Positions 45,758-56,014 of a stretch of 64,000 nucleotides of DNA are shown in pieces (position 1 is the stretch's first letter; each line of letters starts with the position of its first letter). The translations under genes and the position numbers were made by a program. The notes beneath the pieces are model-generated. The model had not been told where the DNA came from and made no database searches. It was given only the letters and a program-made list of their open reading frames with translations. Source of the DNA: Thermoplasmata archaeon (lineage in GTDB: Archaea > Thermoplasmatota > Thermoplasmata > Lutacidiplasmatales > UBA184); NCBI GenBank assembly GCA_022750115.1, contig JAKIWI010000001.1, positions 83,490 through 147,489 on the forward strand, given 5' to 3'.

Positions 45758-47650
45758 ATGGACCCCGCGGTCGAGAAGGTCGCCGCGGAGAACGTCGAGG
45801 CGCTTCGCGACCCGGAGTCGTACTGGCGGTCCGCCGCGGATGAGCTCGATTGGTATGATCGCGTGGGCCCCGTGTTCGAGCCGCTCGAGGACCCGCCCTT
45901 CGGCCGGTGGTTCGCGGGTTGGACGACGAACCTCTCGGCGAACGCGACGGACCGAGTCCTCCGCGCCGGGGGGGGAGATCGGGTCGCGTACTTCTGGGAG
46001 GGCGAGAACGGCGACCGTCGAACGGTCCGCTACCGAGAGCTTCACACCGACGTCCTGCGGTGGGCCGCCCTCCTCCGCGACAGCGGCGTGAGCGCCGGCT
46101 CGCGGGTCACGATCTACCTGCCGATGATCCCAGAGCTGCCGGCGGCGATGCTCGCGTGCGCCCGGCTCGGGGCGATCCACTCCGTCGTCTTCGCGGGATT
46201 CGCCGAGTCGGCGCTCGTCGACCGGATCCAGGACTCGGCGAGCACGGTCGTCGTGACGGCGGACGGGGGCTACCGCCGCGGGAAGGTCGTGCCGCTCAAG
46301 GCGATCGTCGACGGGGCCGTGGCCCGCTGTCCGACGGTCCGGGCGGTACTCGTGGTCCGAAGGACCGGTCAGCCCGTCGAGATGCGGGACGGGCGAGACC
46401 GGATGTACGACCCGACAGCGACCCCGCCGGAGATCGCCCCGGTCCCTCGCGCGGGGGCCGACCCGACGTTCATCCTGTACACTTCCGGAACGACCGGCCG
46501 CCCGAAGGGGGTCACCCACGGCACCGGCGGCTACATGGTGTGGGTGCACCGCACGATGCAGCGCGTCTTCGGGACCACCGACCAGGATGTCTTCTGGTGC
46601 GCCGCCGACATCGGGTGGGTCACCGGTCACTCGTACATCGTCTACGGGCCGCTTCTGGTCGGTGCCACTTCGATCCTCTACGAGGGCGCGCCCGACCATC
46701 CCACGCCGAGCCGCTGGTGGGAGATCATCGAACGATACGGCGTCACGATCCTCTACACGTCGCCGACCGCGATCCGCCTCCACATGCGGAACGGGGAAAG
46801 CTGGCTCCGCGGCCACAACCTGGGCTCGCTCCGCCTCCTGGGGAGCGTGGGGGAGGCGATCAACCCCGAAGCGTGGCGGTGGTACCACGCCCACATCGGC
46901 GTTTCGCGGTGCCCGGTCGTCGACACCTGGTGGCAAACCGAGACGGGCGCGGCGATGGTCTCACCGCAGGCCGGCGGGACCCTCGTCGCCCAGAGGCCGG
47001 GCTCCGCGACGCTCCCCTTGCCGGGCGCCGACGTCCAAGTCGTGCGACCGGACGGGACCCCGACGGACCCGGACGAACGGGGAGTCGTTGTGATCGCCCG
47101 GCCGTGGCCCGGCGAGATGTTGGGTCTCTGGAACGACGCCGACCGGTTCCGTTCCGCCTACTTCGAGAAGTTCCCGGGGCGATATTCGGCCGGCGACTAC
47201 GCACGGGTCGATCCGGACGGCTACTTCTGGTTCCTCGGACGGGCGGACGAGGTTCTGAAGGTCGCGGGCCACCGACTCGGAACGATCGAGCTGGAGAACG
47301 TGCTGATCGGCCACCCATCGGTCGCCGAGTCCGCGGTCGTCGGCGTGCCGGACGAGCTGAAGGGCGAAGTCCCGTTCGCCGTCGTCGTCCTACGGCCGGG
47401 CTCTGTCCCGAGCCCCGAGCTCGAGGCCGAGCTCCGACGGCGGGTGCGCGAGGCGATCGGGGGCTTGGCGGAGCCCCGGACCGTCCGGTTCGTTCGTCAG
47501 CTCCCGAAGACCCGGTCCGGAAAGATCATGCGGCGAGTGGTCGCCGCGGTCGCCCGAGGAGGCGACATCGGCGACGTGAGCACGCTCGAGGATGACGCTA
47601 CGGTCGATGAGGTGCGCGCGGCGGTCGCGACCCTCCAGCACGAGGTCTAA
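45758..47650 (+). CDS. acs: Acetyl-CoA synthetase (AMP-forming)
   Basis: YTSGTTGRPKG, ADIGWVTGHSY, DTWWQTETG and LPKTRSGKIMRR motifs. Confidence 0.95.
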   Translation: MDPAVEKVAAENVEALRDPESYWRSAADELDWYDRVGPVFEPLEDPPFGRWFAGWTTNLSANATDRVLRAGGGDRVAYFWEGENGDRRTVRYRELHTDVLRWAALLRDSGVSAGSRVTIYLPMIPELPAAMLACARLGAIHSVVFAGFAESALVDRIQDSASTVVVTADGGYRRGKVVPLKAIVDGAVARCPTVRAVLVVRRTGQPVEMRDGRDRMYDPTATPPEIAPVPRAGADPTFILYTSGTTGRPKGVTHGTGGYMVWVHRTMQRVFGTTDQDVFWCAADIGWVTGHSYIVYGPLLVGATSILYEGAPDHPTPSRWWEIIERYGVTILYTSPTAIRLHMRNGESWLRGHNLGSLRLLGSVGEAINPEAWRWYHAHIGVSRCPVVDTWWQTETGAAMVSPQAGGTLVAQRPGSATLPLPGADVQVVRPDGTPTDPDERGVVVIARPWPGEMLGLWNDADRFRSAYFEKFPGRYSAGDYARVDPDGYFWFLGRADEVLKVAGHRLGTIELENVLIGHPSVAESAVVGVPDELKGEVPFAVVVLRPGSVPSPELEAELRRRVREAIGGLAEPRTVRFVRQLPKTRSGKIMRRVVAAVARGGDIGDVSTLEDDATVDEVRAAVATLQHEV

Positions 47651-47864
47651 CTCTCGCTGAGCACCGGCGGGGCGAGAACGGGTGCGGATTCGGCGCCAAG
47701 CCGAGCGAACTGCAGGACGTGCGAGGACCAGAGGGCAGCTAGTCGACCAGCTCCGGGCGCCGAGGTTCGCCCCACGGGATCCGGTGATCGGTCCCGGAAC
47801 TCCGGCCCGGAATGCTGGGCGGCCGCCGCCCGGGGCCGGAGCGAGACCTAGATGAATCCGCGCC

Positions 47865-48989
47865 ATGTCGGAGGCCCTCGAAGGAGGGAGCGTGTTGGGT
47901 CGGGGGGAAGCGGCGATCGATGGACCGAGCCTTGGAATCCTGATGACGGTGTTCCACCGCGCGGGGTTCTATCGCGACGCGCTCGAGAGCGTTGCCGCCC
48001 AATCCGGTTCGCTTCCGCCCGTCGAGCTGGTCGTGGTCTCGAGCTCGGACATGTCGGTCGATGTGCCCGCGACGCTTCGAGCGCGAGGCTGGAAGTGCCA
48101 GGTCCTGAAGAACGACTCCGTGGGGGAAGGGCCGTTCCTCGCTCCAGGGTTGGAGCGACTTGGAAGCGACTTCATCCTCCCGCTCGACGACGATGACATC
48201 TGGGAGCCGGGGCGACTTGCGCACGTCGCGGAGGTCCTTCGGCAACACCCCCGGGCTTCGTACTATCACAACGGGCAGTCGTTCGTGGACGCGCTGGGAG
48301 CCCCCTTGCCCCCGGACCGGGCGCTGCGAGGGCTGCGCCGGCTCTCGGGCGTGCCGCAAGGAGGCCTTCGGGCCTTGAGTCGCGAAGACCTCCGACGTCA
48401 CCGCGGTGGGCTGAGTCGGTGGGGATCGGTGTTCAACAACAGCTCCGTCGCCATCCGTCGACGCGCGCTCACCTCCTGCCTCGACGAGCTGAGCCGAGCC
48501 GAATGGTTGTTCGACCTGTTCATGTTCTATGCTGGAGTCTGCGATTGCGAACAGGTCCTGTTCGACTCGTCCCCCCAGACACGGTATCGCATCCACGCCT
48601 GGAACCGCTCGCGGGGGGCGCAGACTCTCGGGCGATTCGAGTCGGCGACCCCCTCGCGCAGCCGGGAGGGTCGGCTCGCGACGCTGGGGGTCCTTCACGA
48701 GATGGTCGCGCGCAGGGGTCCGTCGTGGCTCCTCGACTGGGTCGAACACGATCAGGTCTACTTCGACGCCCTCGAGGCGCTCCGGGAGGGAGACTCCGAC
48801 CGACTGGAGACTGCGCGCCGGGTCGGCCGACTGATTCGATACGTGGGCTACTCGGACCCACTCATGAACCTCGTTCTGAGTCTCACCTCGCTCGCCCAGC
48901 TCGCGGCGCCTCAGTTGGTCAGTCGAGCGTATTGGACGAAACACGGGGTCGACCGTCGCGCCGGCTCGCCCGCCTCGGAAGCCAGGTGA
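47865..48989 (+). CDS. Glycosyltransferase family 2
   Basis: ALESV..Q, ILPLDDDDIW, FNNSSVAIRR and YRIH motifs. Confidence 0.82.
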   Translation: MSEALEGGSVLGRGEAAIDGPSLGILMTVFHRAGFYRDALESVAAQSGSLPPVELVVVSSSDMSVDVPATLRARGWKCQVLKNDSVGEGPFLAPGLERLGSDFILPLDDDDIWEPGRLAHVAEVLRQHPRASYYHNGQSFVDALGAPLPPDRALRGLRRLSGVPQGGLRALSREDLRRHRGGLSRWGSVFNNSSVAIRRRALTSCLDELSRAEWLFDLFMFYAGVCDCEQVLFDSSPQTRYRIHAWNRSRGAQTLGRFESATPSRSREGRLATLGVLHEMVARRGPSWLLDWVEHDQVYFDALEALREGDSDRLETARRVGRLIRYVGYSDPLMNLVLSLTSLAQLAAPQLVSRAYWTKHGVDRRAGSPASEAR

Positions 48990-51900
48990 GGACGACCAGG
49001 ACCGCGATCAAGCCCACCCCTTGGACCCAGGATGCCTCAAGGCCCAGGATCAGGTAGGTCCGAAAGTGGAACGTGACCACGGCTCCGGGATCCCCACCGA
49101 CGAGTTCCACGACGTTCGCAAGCGGGGTACCCGACAGCACGCGGACCGCCGCGCCTGACGTGGCGGACGGGACCCAGAGGGAGTTCTCGGGGAATCCCAG
49201 TACGGCGAACTCTGGACTGCTCTTATTCGCACCGCCAGCGGCCGACACCACGACGTCTCCGCTGGGAGTCACCCGACCGTCGACCGACACCGCCGGCGCC
49301 GAGGTGGGAGAGGTGCCGGCCGAGTCGATCAAGAGTCGCACCGACGGTGGGCGGACGACCTGGGCCGATGCGATGCACGAAGTTCCGCCGACGATGCCGA
49401 CGGAGACATTCGCCACGGGAATGCGGGTCTCGCCCGGTGGCACGGCGCTGGCGTTGAAGCCGGGATTCGACTCGTCGGTGCTCGAGTTCCCGAAGAGGAT
49501 GGCACTCGAGGAGGTGGAACCGCCCGCGCTGACCGTCGCGCCTGCCGAGCTGGCATTCCACGTGAGGACCAAGGCGAACGATTGGTTCGGCGCGAGCGAG
49601 GCCGGCAGAAACACGTTCTCCCAGGCGAACGGCACCGAGTCCGAGCTCGCGCTGAGGCTGAGGCTCGCGGTGCCACCCGCACCGGGCTGGAACACCTCCG
49701 CCAACAGACCGAGGCGGCCGACCGAGAGCTGGATATTGACCCAATCTTGGGAAGCGAGCGACGAGAACGAGCCGTTCAACCCGACGAAGGCGGGAGCCGA
49801 GTCCATGCCAGTCGCGTAGAGTGCCGGAAAGGTGCCGTCGGCGGTACAGAACCCGCTCGCGCTCCGATTCGTCGCGCTCCCCCAATCTTGGGCGCTGTCG
49901 GTTGAGCGTTCGACATCGCCGCTGATGATGACGGTGTTGGCGCCCCAGGCGTACTGCGTGCCGTTGGACGTGCAGAAGCCCGATCGACACGGCACGGCGG
50001 ACCAGGATCCGTCGGCATCGACGACGCTCGCCGCGCTTCCGGCGGGCGCCGAAATCGTCGACGACGGGCCGGCGACGACGGTAGGGTGGAGTCGCCAGCC
50101 GGGGAGCGATGAGTTGGGGTCCCAAACGGCGCTCGCCAGGCTTGCCGCCCAGCTCGGGGGCCCACTCCGAACGCTTCCGAGAAGCGCGAACGCCGTGGCC
50201 GGATCCGAAGTGTCAATCGAGGTGATCGAGCTCGTGGCCCATCCGAGGGGCAGCGCGTGGGGCACAGAGTAGACCGTGAACCTGCCCACGGCCGATCCGG
50301 GGCCGAGCTGGGTGGGAAGGGCCGCGAGGAACGCCCGCCAGTCGATGGGGGCCCCGTTGGGCGCCTCGTTCATCGCGGGTGCGGAGACGTTGGCAAACGG
50401 GTTCACGACGACGGACGCGACGTGGAGGCTGTCGAGCAGCGCCGAGAGGTTGGTCGGTGTCCCGAGGGCAAGGTCCTCCTCCAACGCGGCGGCCAGGATC
50501 CCGGTGTCCGCCTCGACGATCGGGTACGGGATGTACGAGGCCAAGAGGTTCGAGGTATCCAGGAACTGCCGGCCGCCCAGGTTCAGGAACGGACCCTCCT
50601 GCGAGCTCATCGGAACGATGAGAACGAAGGAGTTGGGCCCGTTCGCCGGCGTTCCGAAATACCGGGCGAGGGCGGAGAATGACGGAGGAACCGCCACGGT
50701 GTCGGCGTTCGGCCCGGAGGTTTGGTAGACGTCCCCGACCACGAACGGTGCGGCGCTGAGGAGGAGGAGCACGATGACGGCGGCGGCAACTAGGACGGAC
50801 GGGCTCCGAGTCGCGGGGCGCGACCCGATCGCCTCAGCGGATGGGGGCGACGCCGGGCTACGCCCCGCCGGCACACGTTCGCGCAGGGTCTCGTACAGTC
50901 CGACGACGGGAACAAGGAGGTAGACGGGTCCGATGATGTAGTACGCTGCAACGAGGACGAGGAAGGGCCCGCCGAGAGCGAGCAGCCTGAGATTCCAGCT
51001 GGCGATCGGTTCTGTCCCGGCACCGATCAAGAACGGAACGGCGAAGAGCCCGACCGTGTAGACGAACAACGACCCCGGGCTCGTGCGGAGGCGCACGGCC
51101 CCGAGCACGATGAGGAGCGGGAACACGACCGCTGCCGCCGCGACGACCGGCAGGATCGCGACCCAGGGGTAGGCGGAGGGCGTGGCCCGCAGCCAGGAGA
51201 ATGCCGTCAGGGTCACGACCGGGTACGGTCCCCAGGTCCACGCGGCGGCGTGGTAGATCTGTACGAGATTCGTGGGATTGACGTAATTGTTGTTCGAGTA
51301 CGCTACTTTCGGAAGGGCCAGCAGCGGGACGAACCCCCACGCCTCGAGACCAAGGCCGACCCCGAGCAGCACCGCGGTCTTTCCCACGCGTCGGCGCAAG
51401 CGGACGAGCGGGGACGGTCGCCGGAGCCACACGGCGGCGACCCCGCCGAGTAGGATGAACGTCAACGGAACGGCAAACGACGAGACGACGCCGGGAGCGA
51501 GGTAGGTTCCCAAAAGCACGACCGCCGCGGCGAACCGAAGGGGAATTCGGGTCTCGAACGCGACCCGGACGACGAGGGCCATCGCCCAGGGCAGGAACGC
51601 CAGGAACGGCGCCCATCCTTCCACATGCCAAAACGTGACCGTCAGGGTGAACGGATTGTACACGTACACGAGCGCGGCCGCCCCGAACACCCATCCAGGC
51701 AGTGAGCGGGGGGTCCCGCGCAGCCCCTCGATGCTGCGGAGCAGAACGACGATCCCAGCGGCCGCAAGTCCGACGAAGATGGCGAGCAAAAATCTCTGGC
51801 TCACCCAGTCGGGTGAGCCGAGGGACTCGAACGCCCGAAGCGTCGCGTCGAGGTAGAAATTCGGGGTGAAATCTGGGACGGGGAAGCTGGAGGAATACAG

Positions 51901-52212
51901 GTAGCTGTACGGGACGAACGGAGTGTCGTTGAAGGAAAACGGCTGGACCGTTCGCACCGAATCCTGACCGTAGAGCAGCTCGCCGTACGGTCGGCCCCAC
52001 AGGAACGGCCCGACCGCGGCCACCACGACGTAGGTCCACGGCGAACGGGCAAAACTCGCCAGCGCGCCTATCAGGAGCGCAACGAGACGAGGGGTTGCGC
52101 GGCCAGAGTTTCCCGGATGCGGTTCCCCCACAGATTCGGTCGGCTCGTCCGAAGGTTCCGTCCCCGAGCGCGTGGGGCTGGAGGCCGGGGTGTCGGGGGA
52201 GCTGATTTCCAC
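48919..52212 (-). CDS. Large multi-pass membrane protein (GT-C/AftD-like N-terminus, extracellular C-terminus)
   Basis: About 12 TMs including AALVYVYNPF, then a soluble domain and a terminal TM. GTG 52212 is the likely start. Confidence 0.65.
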   Translation of the reverse strand: MEISSPDTPASSPTRSGTEPSDEPTESVGEPHPGNSGRATPRLVALLIGALASFARSPWTYVVVAAVGPFLWGRPYGELLYGQDSVRTVQPFSFNDTPFVPYSYLYSSSFPVPDFTPNFYLDATLRAFESLGSPDWVSQRFLLAIFVGLAAAGIVVLLRSIEGLRGTPRSLPGWVFGAAALVYVYNPFTLTVTFWHVEGWAPFLAFLPWAMALVVRVAFETRIPLRFAAAVVLLGTYLAPGVVSSFAVPLTFILLGGVAAVWLRRPSPLVRLRRRVGKTAVLLGVGLGLEAWGFVPLLALPKVAYSNNNYVNPTNLVQIYHAAAWTWGPYPVVTLTAFSWLRATPSAYPWVAILPVVAAAAVVFPLLIVLGAVRLRTSPGSLFVYTVGLFAVPFLIGAGTEPIASWNLRLLALGGPFLVLVAAYYIIGPVYLLVPVVGLYETLRERVPAGRSPASPPSAEAIGSRPATRSPSVLVAAAVIVLLLLSAAPFVVGDVYQTSGPNADTVAVPPSFSALARYFGTPANGPNSFVLIVPMSSQEGPFLNLGGRQFLDTSNLLASYIPYPIVEADTGILAAALEEDLALGTPTNLSALLDSLHVASVVVNPFANVSAPAMNEAPNGAPIDWRAFLAALPTQLGPGSAVGRFTVYSVPHALPLGWATSSITSIDTSDPATAFALLGSVRSGPPSWAASLASAVWDPNSSLPGWRLHPTVVAGPSSTISAPAGSAASVVDADGSWSAVPCRSGFCTSNGTQYAWGANTVIISGDVERSTDSAQDWGSATNRSASGFCTADGTFPALYATGMDSAPAFVGLNGSFSSLASQDWVNIQLSVGRLGLLAEVFQPGAGGTASLSLSASSDSVPFAWENVFLPASLAPNQSFALVLTWNASSAGATVSAGGSTSSSAILFGNSSTDESNPGFNASAVPPGETRIPVANVSVGIVGGTSCIASAQVVRPPSVRLLIDSAGTSPTSAPAVSVDGRVTPSGDVVVSAAGGANKSSPEFAVLGFPENSLWVPSATSGAAVRVLSGTPLANVVELVGGDPGAVVTFHFRTYLILGLEASWVQGVGLIAVLVVLTWLPRRASRRDGRPRVSSNTLD

Positions 52213-52280
52213 GGGACGACCCGAACACTCGGTCGCACGCTTATCACGGTTCGGCCCGTCCGGAACTCCGGAGAACCCGC

Positions 52281-53288
52281 GTGCGTTTCGCCATCGTTTG
52301 TGACCCGCCCGAACGCGTGACCGGCGGCATCGAACGTCACGCTCGCAGCCTGTCGGAAGAGCTGGCGCGCAGGGGCCACACCACCGTCGGGATCGCCCCG
52401 GCTGAAGTGTCGAAGGACTCCCTTCGGGGGTTCGACTGGGTCGTCTTCGAGGGGGTACGAAGGCTCGTCTTGCTCCGTCACCTTCGGTCGATGCCCCGCG
52501 GGCAGCGTCTCGCACTGTTCACCCATGGTTCCTTCCTCGAGGAGACTCACCCGACCGAGATCCGGAACGCTGGAGGACGATCACCGAGCCCGACCGTGCG
52601 TGCTCGGGCCGCCTACGACCGCACACTCGGTCGGGCCGTGTTTGGGCGGTTCGACCGTGTGTTCGTTCTGACCGAGTCGGAACGCGACGACATCATCCCA
52701 TTCCTAGATCTCTCGCCAAGTCGCGTCCACGTCAACCCGCTCTTCATTTCGGCAGAATTCCAACACGCGGTCGGGAGCCCTCCCCTGCCATCTCCCGCGC
52801 CAACGCCCTACGTTTGCGCAGTCGGCCGCATTGAACCCCGCAAGAACTTTGCCCGACTTCTTTCGGCCGTCGCCCCACTTCCGGTTCGTCTTCTCCTGGC
52901 AGGTCAGGACCGGGGGGCGCTCGCGCAACTTCGAGAGTTCTCGACCGCCGCGCACCTCGACGAGCGGTGGCGCTATCTAGGACGGGTCAGCGAGACCGAG
53001 AAGGTCGCCCTGCTTCGAGGCGCACGATGCGTCGTCGTGTCCTCTTTCCTGGAGGGGGTGCCCACCGTCGCGCTCGAGGCTCGCTCCCTGGGTCGCATCG
53101 TAGTGCTCTCGGGGCTCGCGTACGGGCCGGAGGGACCGGGGGTGGTTCGGAGCCCCGCCACCGTCGAAGGGCTGCGGAGTGCGATCGGGCAGTCGATCCG
53201 AGCGGACGACGTCCCTCCATCCCGACCGCCCGGAGTGGAGGAGAGCACGGAGGCGTTCCTGCGTGATCTCCAGGCGCCGGCGTCGTAG
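52281..53288 (+). CDS. Glycosyltransferase family 4
   Basis: GGIE, VGRIEPRKN and SFLEGVPTVALEA motifs. Confidence 0.88.
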   Translation: MRFAIVCDPPERVTGGIERHARSLSEELARRGHTTVGIAPAEVSKDSLRGFDWVVFEGVRRLVLLRHLRSMPRGQRLALFTHGSFLEETHPTEIRNAGGRSPSPTVRARAAYDRTLGRAVFGRFDRVFVLTESERDDIIPFLDLSPSRVHVNPLFISAEFQHAVGSPPLPSPAPTPYVCAVGRIEPRKNFARLLSAVAPLPVRLLLAGQDRGALAQLREFSTAAHLDERWRYLGRVSETEKVALLRGARCVVVSSFLEGVPTVALEARSLGRIVVLSGLAYGPEGPGVVRSPATVEGLRSAIGQSIRADDVPPSRPPGVEESTEAFLRDLQAPAS

Positions 53289-53407
53289 GTCGCTCCGGGG
53301 GCGGGATCCACGGCCGCCCCTGGCGGGGGCAAGATTCACGGTCCGTCTCGACGGGGCGTCCGCGCCGACGTATCTATAAGGGGCGACCAACCCTTGTTAT
53401 CGACGAC

Positions 53408-54307
53408 GTGACGGGCGACGGCGCTGGGTCGGCGTTCGAGAGCGTGCGAACCACCCCGTGGGTCGACGCTCACCGCCGAGTGGCCATGGGGCACGACACC
53501 ATCGGATTGAGCGCCCCTGGCGCACCGAGTACCCCCGGGAACGCGACCTCGGGGTTCAGCCTGATCATTCCCGCCTGGAACGAGGAGGTTCGGCTGATGA
53601 AAACGCTCCGTCGCTACATCCCGGTGCTTCTGGCGAGGGGTGCGCCAACCGAGCTCATCATTGTCACCGACGGTTCTCAAGACCGGACCGCGGAAGTTGC
53701 CGCGGGATGGTCGGATTCCGGGGTTCGCGTTGTGCGCGCCGACAATCGGCTCGGCAAGGGGGGCGCGATCCGAGCCGGAATCCAGGTCGCCCGGTTCGAC
53801 CGGGTCGGGTTCGTCGACGCCGACGGTCCGGTGCCGCCCGAGGAGGTCATCGCGATGTTCCGAGAGCTCGACAACTTCGACTGCGTGGTCGGCTCCCGCT
53901 GGCTCCCGAAGAGCCGGGTCGTTACCCCGCAGCCTCTGCTCCGCCGCGCGTTCAGCCGCGCTTGGAACCTGCTCGTTCGAGCGACCCTCGGGATGCCGTT
54001 GTCGGATACCCAGTGCGGAGCGAAGGTATTCCGTCGCGCCACCGTCGAACACGCGCTCCCGAACATGGTCGTCACCAACTGGGCGTTCGACATCGACCTC
54101 CTTCAGCAGATTCGAAACTCTGGCGCAACGACCTCCGAATTCCCCGTGACCTGGAGCGACGATGCCGACAGTCGGCTCGTCATCTCTCGCGCAGTCCCGG
54201 CGATGATGATGGCGCTGTTGTCGGTTCGACTCCGGACCAAACCGCTGGCCCGCCGGATCCCGCAGACGTGGCGGGACTGGTACCGGGAACGATGGGTCGC
54301 GGGCTGA
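53408..54307 (+). CDS. Dolichol-phosphate hexosyltransferase (Alg5/Dpm1-like GT2)
   Basis: IIPAWNEE, DGSQD.T, GKGGA, FVDAD, GSR, DTQCGAK and WAFD motifs. Start may be ATG 53486. Confidence 0.9.
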   Translation: MTGDGAGSAFESVRTTPWVDAHRRVAMGHDTIGLSAPGAPSTPGNATSGFSLIIPAWNEEVRLMKTLRRYIPVLLARGAPTELIIVTDGSQDRTAEVAAGWSDSGVRVVRADNRLGKGGAIRAGIQVARFDRVGFVDADGPVPPEEVIAMFRELDNFDCVVGSRWLPKSRVVTPQPLLRRAFSRAWNLLVRATLGMPLSDTQCGAKVFRRATVEHALPNMVVTNWAFDIDLLQQIRNSGATTSEFPVTWSDDADSRLVISRAVPAMMMALLSVRLRTKPLARRIPQTWRDWYRERWVAG

Positions 54308-54434
54308 CGGGGCGCGCGCAGGCGGGCTCCGCGCGGACCATTCCGCGCCCGGCGAATCCGCAGCGACCCCGCCCTTCGGAGGGGTTCGGCACCCCGAAAC
54401 CGTACCCGGCTCGACATCCGTACGTCGGGTAGCG

Positions 54435-55517
54435 ATGCGAATCCTCTGGCTGAACCATCGCGATCCGGAGCACCCCCTGGCCGGGGGTGCCGAGCGCACC
54501 CTGTACGAAGTCGGCCGAAGGTTCGTCCTTGCGGGCCACGCCGTCGACGTCGTGAGCGGAGGCTGGCCGGGAGCGCCGGCGCGTTCGCAGATCGCGGGGA
54601 TGTCCGTCCGGCGATTCCCCACCGCGCTGCTGCCGCATGCAGTGCTCCCGCTCGTCCTTCGATCGAGGCCGCGACCGGAGTTCGTGATCGACGACCTCGC
54701 GCATGTCCTGCCATGGGGAACCCCTCGGCTGTCGCATCTCGACGGGGCCGTCTTCTTCCGACACCTTCACGCCCGGACACTTCCGGGCCAAGTGGGCAAC
54801 GCCTCCGCGGCGCTCCTCACACGGATCGAACGGTCGTACGCTCGAATCTACGCCGAGCGGCCGTTCGTCACGGAGACGCCGGGTTCTGCGCGGGACCTGG
54901 AGTCGCTCGGAATCGTCAGGAGTCGCTGCCGGGTCATCCTCCCCGGGGTGGATGCCCACCGCTTCCAGCCGGGCGCGCGCGGCCTCCGACCTCGCATGGT
55001 CTACTTCGGCGGGATGCGGCCCTACAAGCGACCCGAGCACGCCCTCCGGGCATTCGGACTCGTACGGAGGACGCGACCCGACGCGGAGCTCTCGGTCGTC
55101 GGCGACGGTCCCGAGCTTCCGAGGCTTCAGCGGTCCGCGCGCGAGCTGGGACTCCAGTCGAACGTCACCTTTCACGGGCGGGTCCCCCCGGAGCAGCTCC
55201 CGTCGATTCTCCAGAGCAGTTGGGTCAACATCCATTGTGCCGTCGCCGAGGGGTGGGCCTATTCGATCCTCGAGGCGGCCGCCTGCGGAGTCCCGACCGT
55301 GGCGTACCGAGTCCCGCACCTCGAGGATTCGGTCGTCGAGGGCCAAACCGCGAGGCTCACGCCCGACGGGGATCCCGCAGGACTGGCGGCCGCATTGGAC
55401 GACGTCCTGGGAGACATCGAGACCTGGGCCCGCCGCGCGCGGGCGTACGCCGAGACACTCCCGTGGTCCAACACGGCCGACCAGTGGACCACCTCTCTGA
55501 ATCAGTTCGTGTCGTAG
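54435..55517 (+). CDS. Glycosyltransferase family 4
   Basis: RDPEHPLAGGAE, YKRP and EGWAYSILEAAACGVP motifs. Confidence 0.92.
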   Translation: MRILWLNHRDPEHPLAGGAERTLYEVGRRFVLAGHAVDVVSGGWPGAPARSQIAGMSVRRFPTALLPHAVLPLVLRSRPRPEFVIDDLAHVLPWGTPRLSHLDGAVFFRHLHARTLPGQVGNASAALLTRIERSYARIYAERPFVTETPGSARDLESLGIVRSRCRVILPGVDAHRFQPGARGLRPRMVYFGGMRPYKRPEHALRAFGLVRRTRPDAELSVVGDGPELPRLQRSARELGLQSNVTFHGRVPPEQLPSILQSSWVNIHCAVAEGWAYSILEAAACGVPTVAYRVPHLEDSVVEGQTARLTPDGDPAGLAAALDDVLGDIETWARRARAYAETLPWSNTADQWTTSLNQFVS

Positions 55518-55609
55518 CCACTGCCTCGCCACCCCTTCGACTCTCGGGCACCGGGCGGAACGAAGATCAATCGACGCGAGCGAGATTCTTGCGAGAATTC
55601 GGAGGCGGC

Positions 55610-56014
55610 CTAGTGACCTGGGCTGGCGACGGCGACGAACTTTCTGTACTCGTCGGCCGAAAGTGTCGCGACGTCTTGGCCGGGCGGTTGGACCCGGATC
55701 CGGAACAGCCATCCGTCGCCGTACGGGGCCCGATTGACCAATTCCGGGTGGGCCTTGAGCGAGTCGTTCACGGCGCTCACCGAACCGCCGAACGGGGCGT
55801 ACACGTCGGCGACCGTCTTGACGGATTCGATGACCATGACGGAACCGTCGGCGGTGACCGTCGCACCGAGCTTCGGGAGGTCGACGAACACGACGTCAGT
55901 CAACTCCTGCTGGGCGTGGTCGGTGATGCCCACGGTCGCCTCGTCCCCCACGATGCGGATCCATTCGTGGCTGCGGGTGTACCGCAGCTCCGGCGGAACC
56001 GCCCCTTCGGTCAC
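55610..56014 (-). CDS. gcvH: Glycine cleavage system H protein
   Basis: YTRSHEW, VGITDHAQ, IESVKT (lipoyl-Lys) and PELVN..PYGDGWL motifs. GTG 56014 overlaps the ahcY stop. Confidence 0.95.
   Translation of the reverse strand: MTEGAVPPELRYTRSHEWIRIVGDEATVGITDHAQQELTDVVFVDLPKLGATVTADGSVMVIESVKTVADVYAPFGGSVSAVNDSLKAHPELVNRAPYGDGWLFRIRVQPPGQDVATLSADEYRKFVAVASPGH

Noticed and set aside
48919-48989. 71-bp convergent overlap (also a 38-bp priS/FAH overlap) as antisense regulation
   Set aside because: Short 3' overlaps are common in compact high-GC genomes, and there is no further support.
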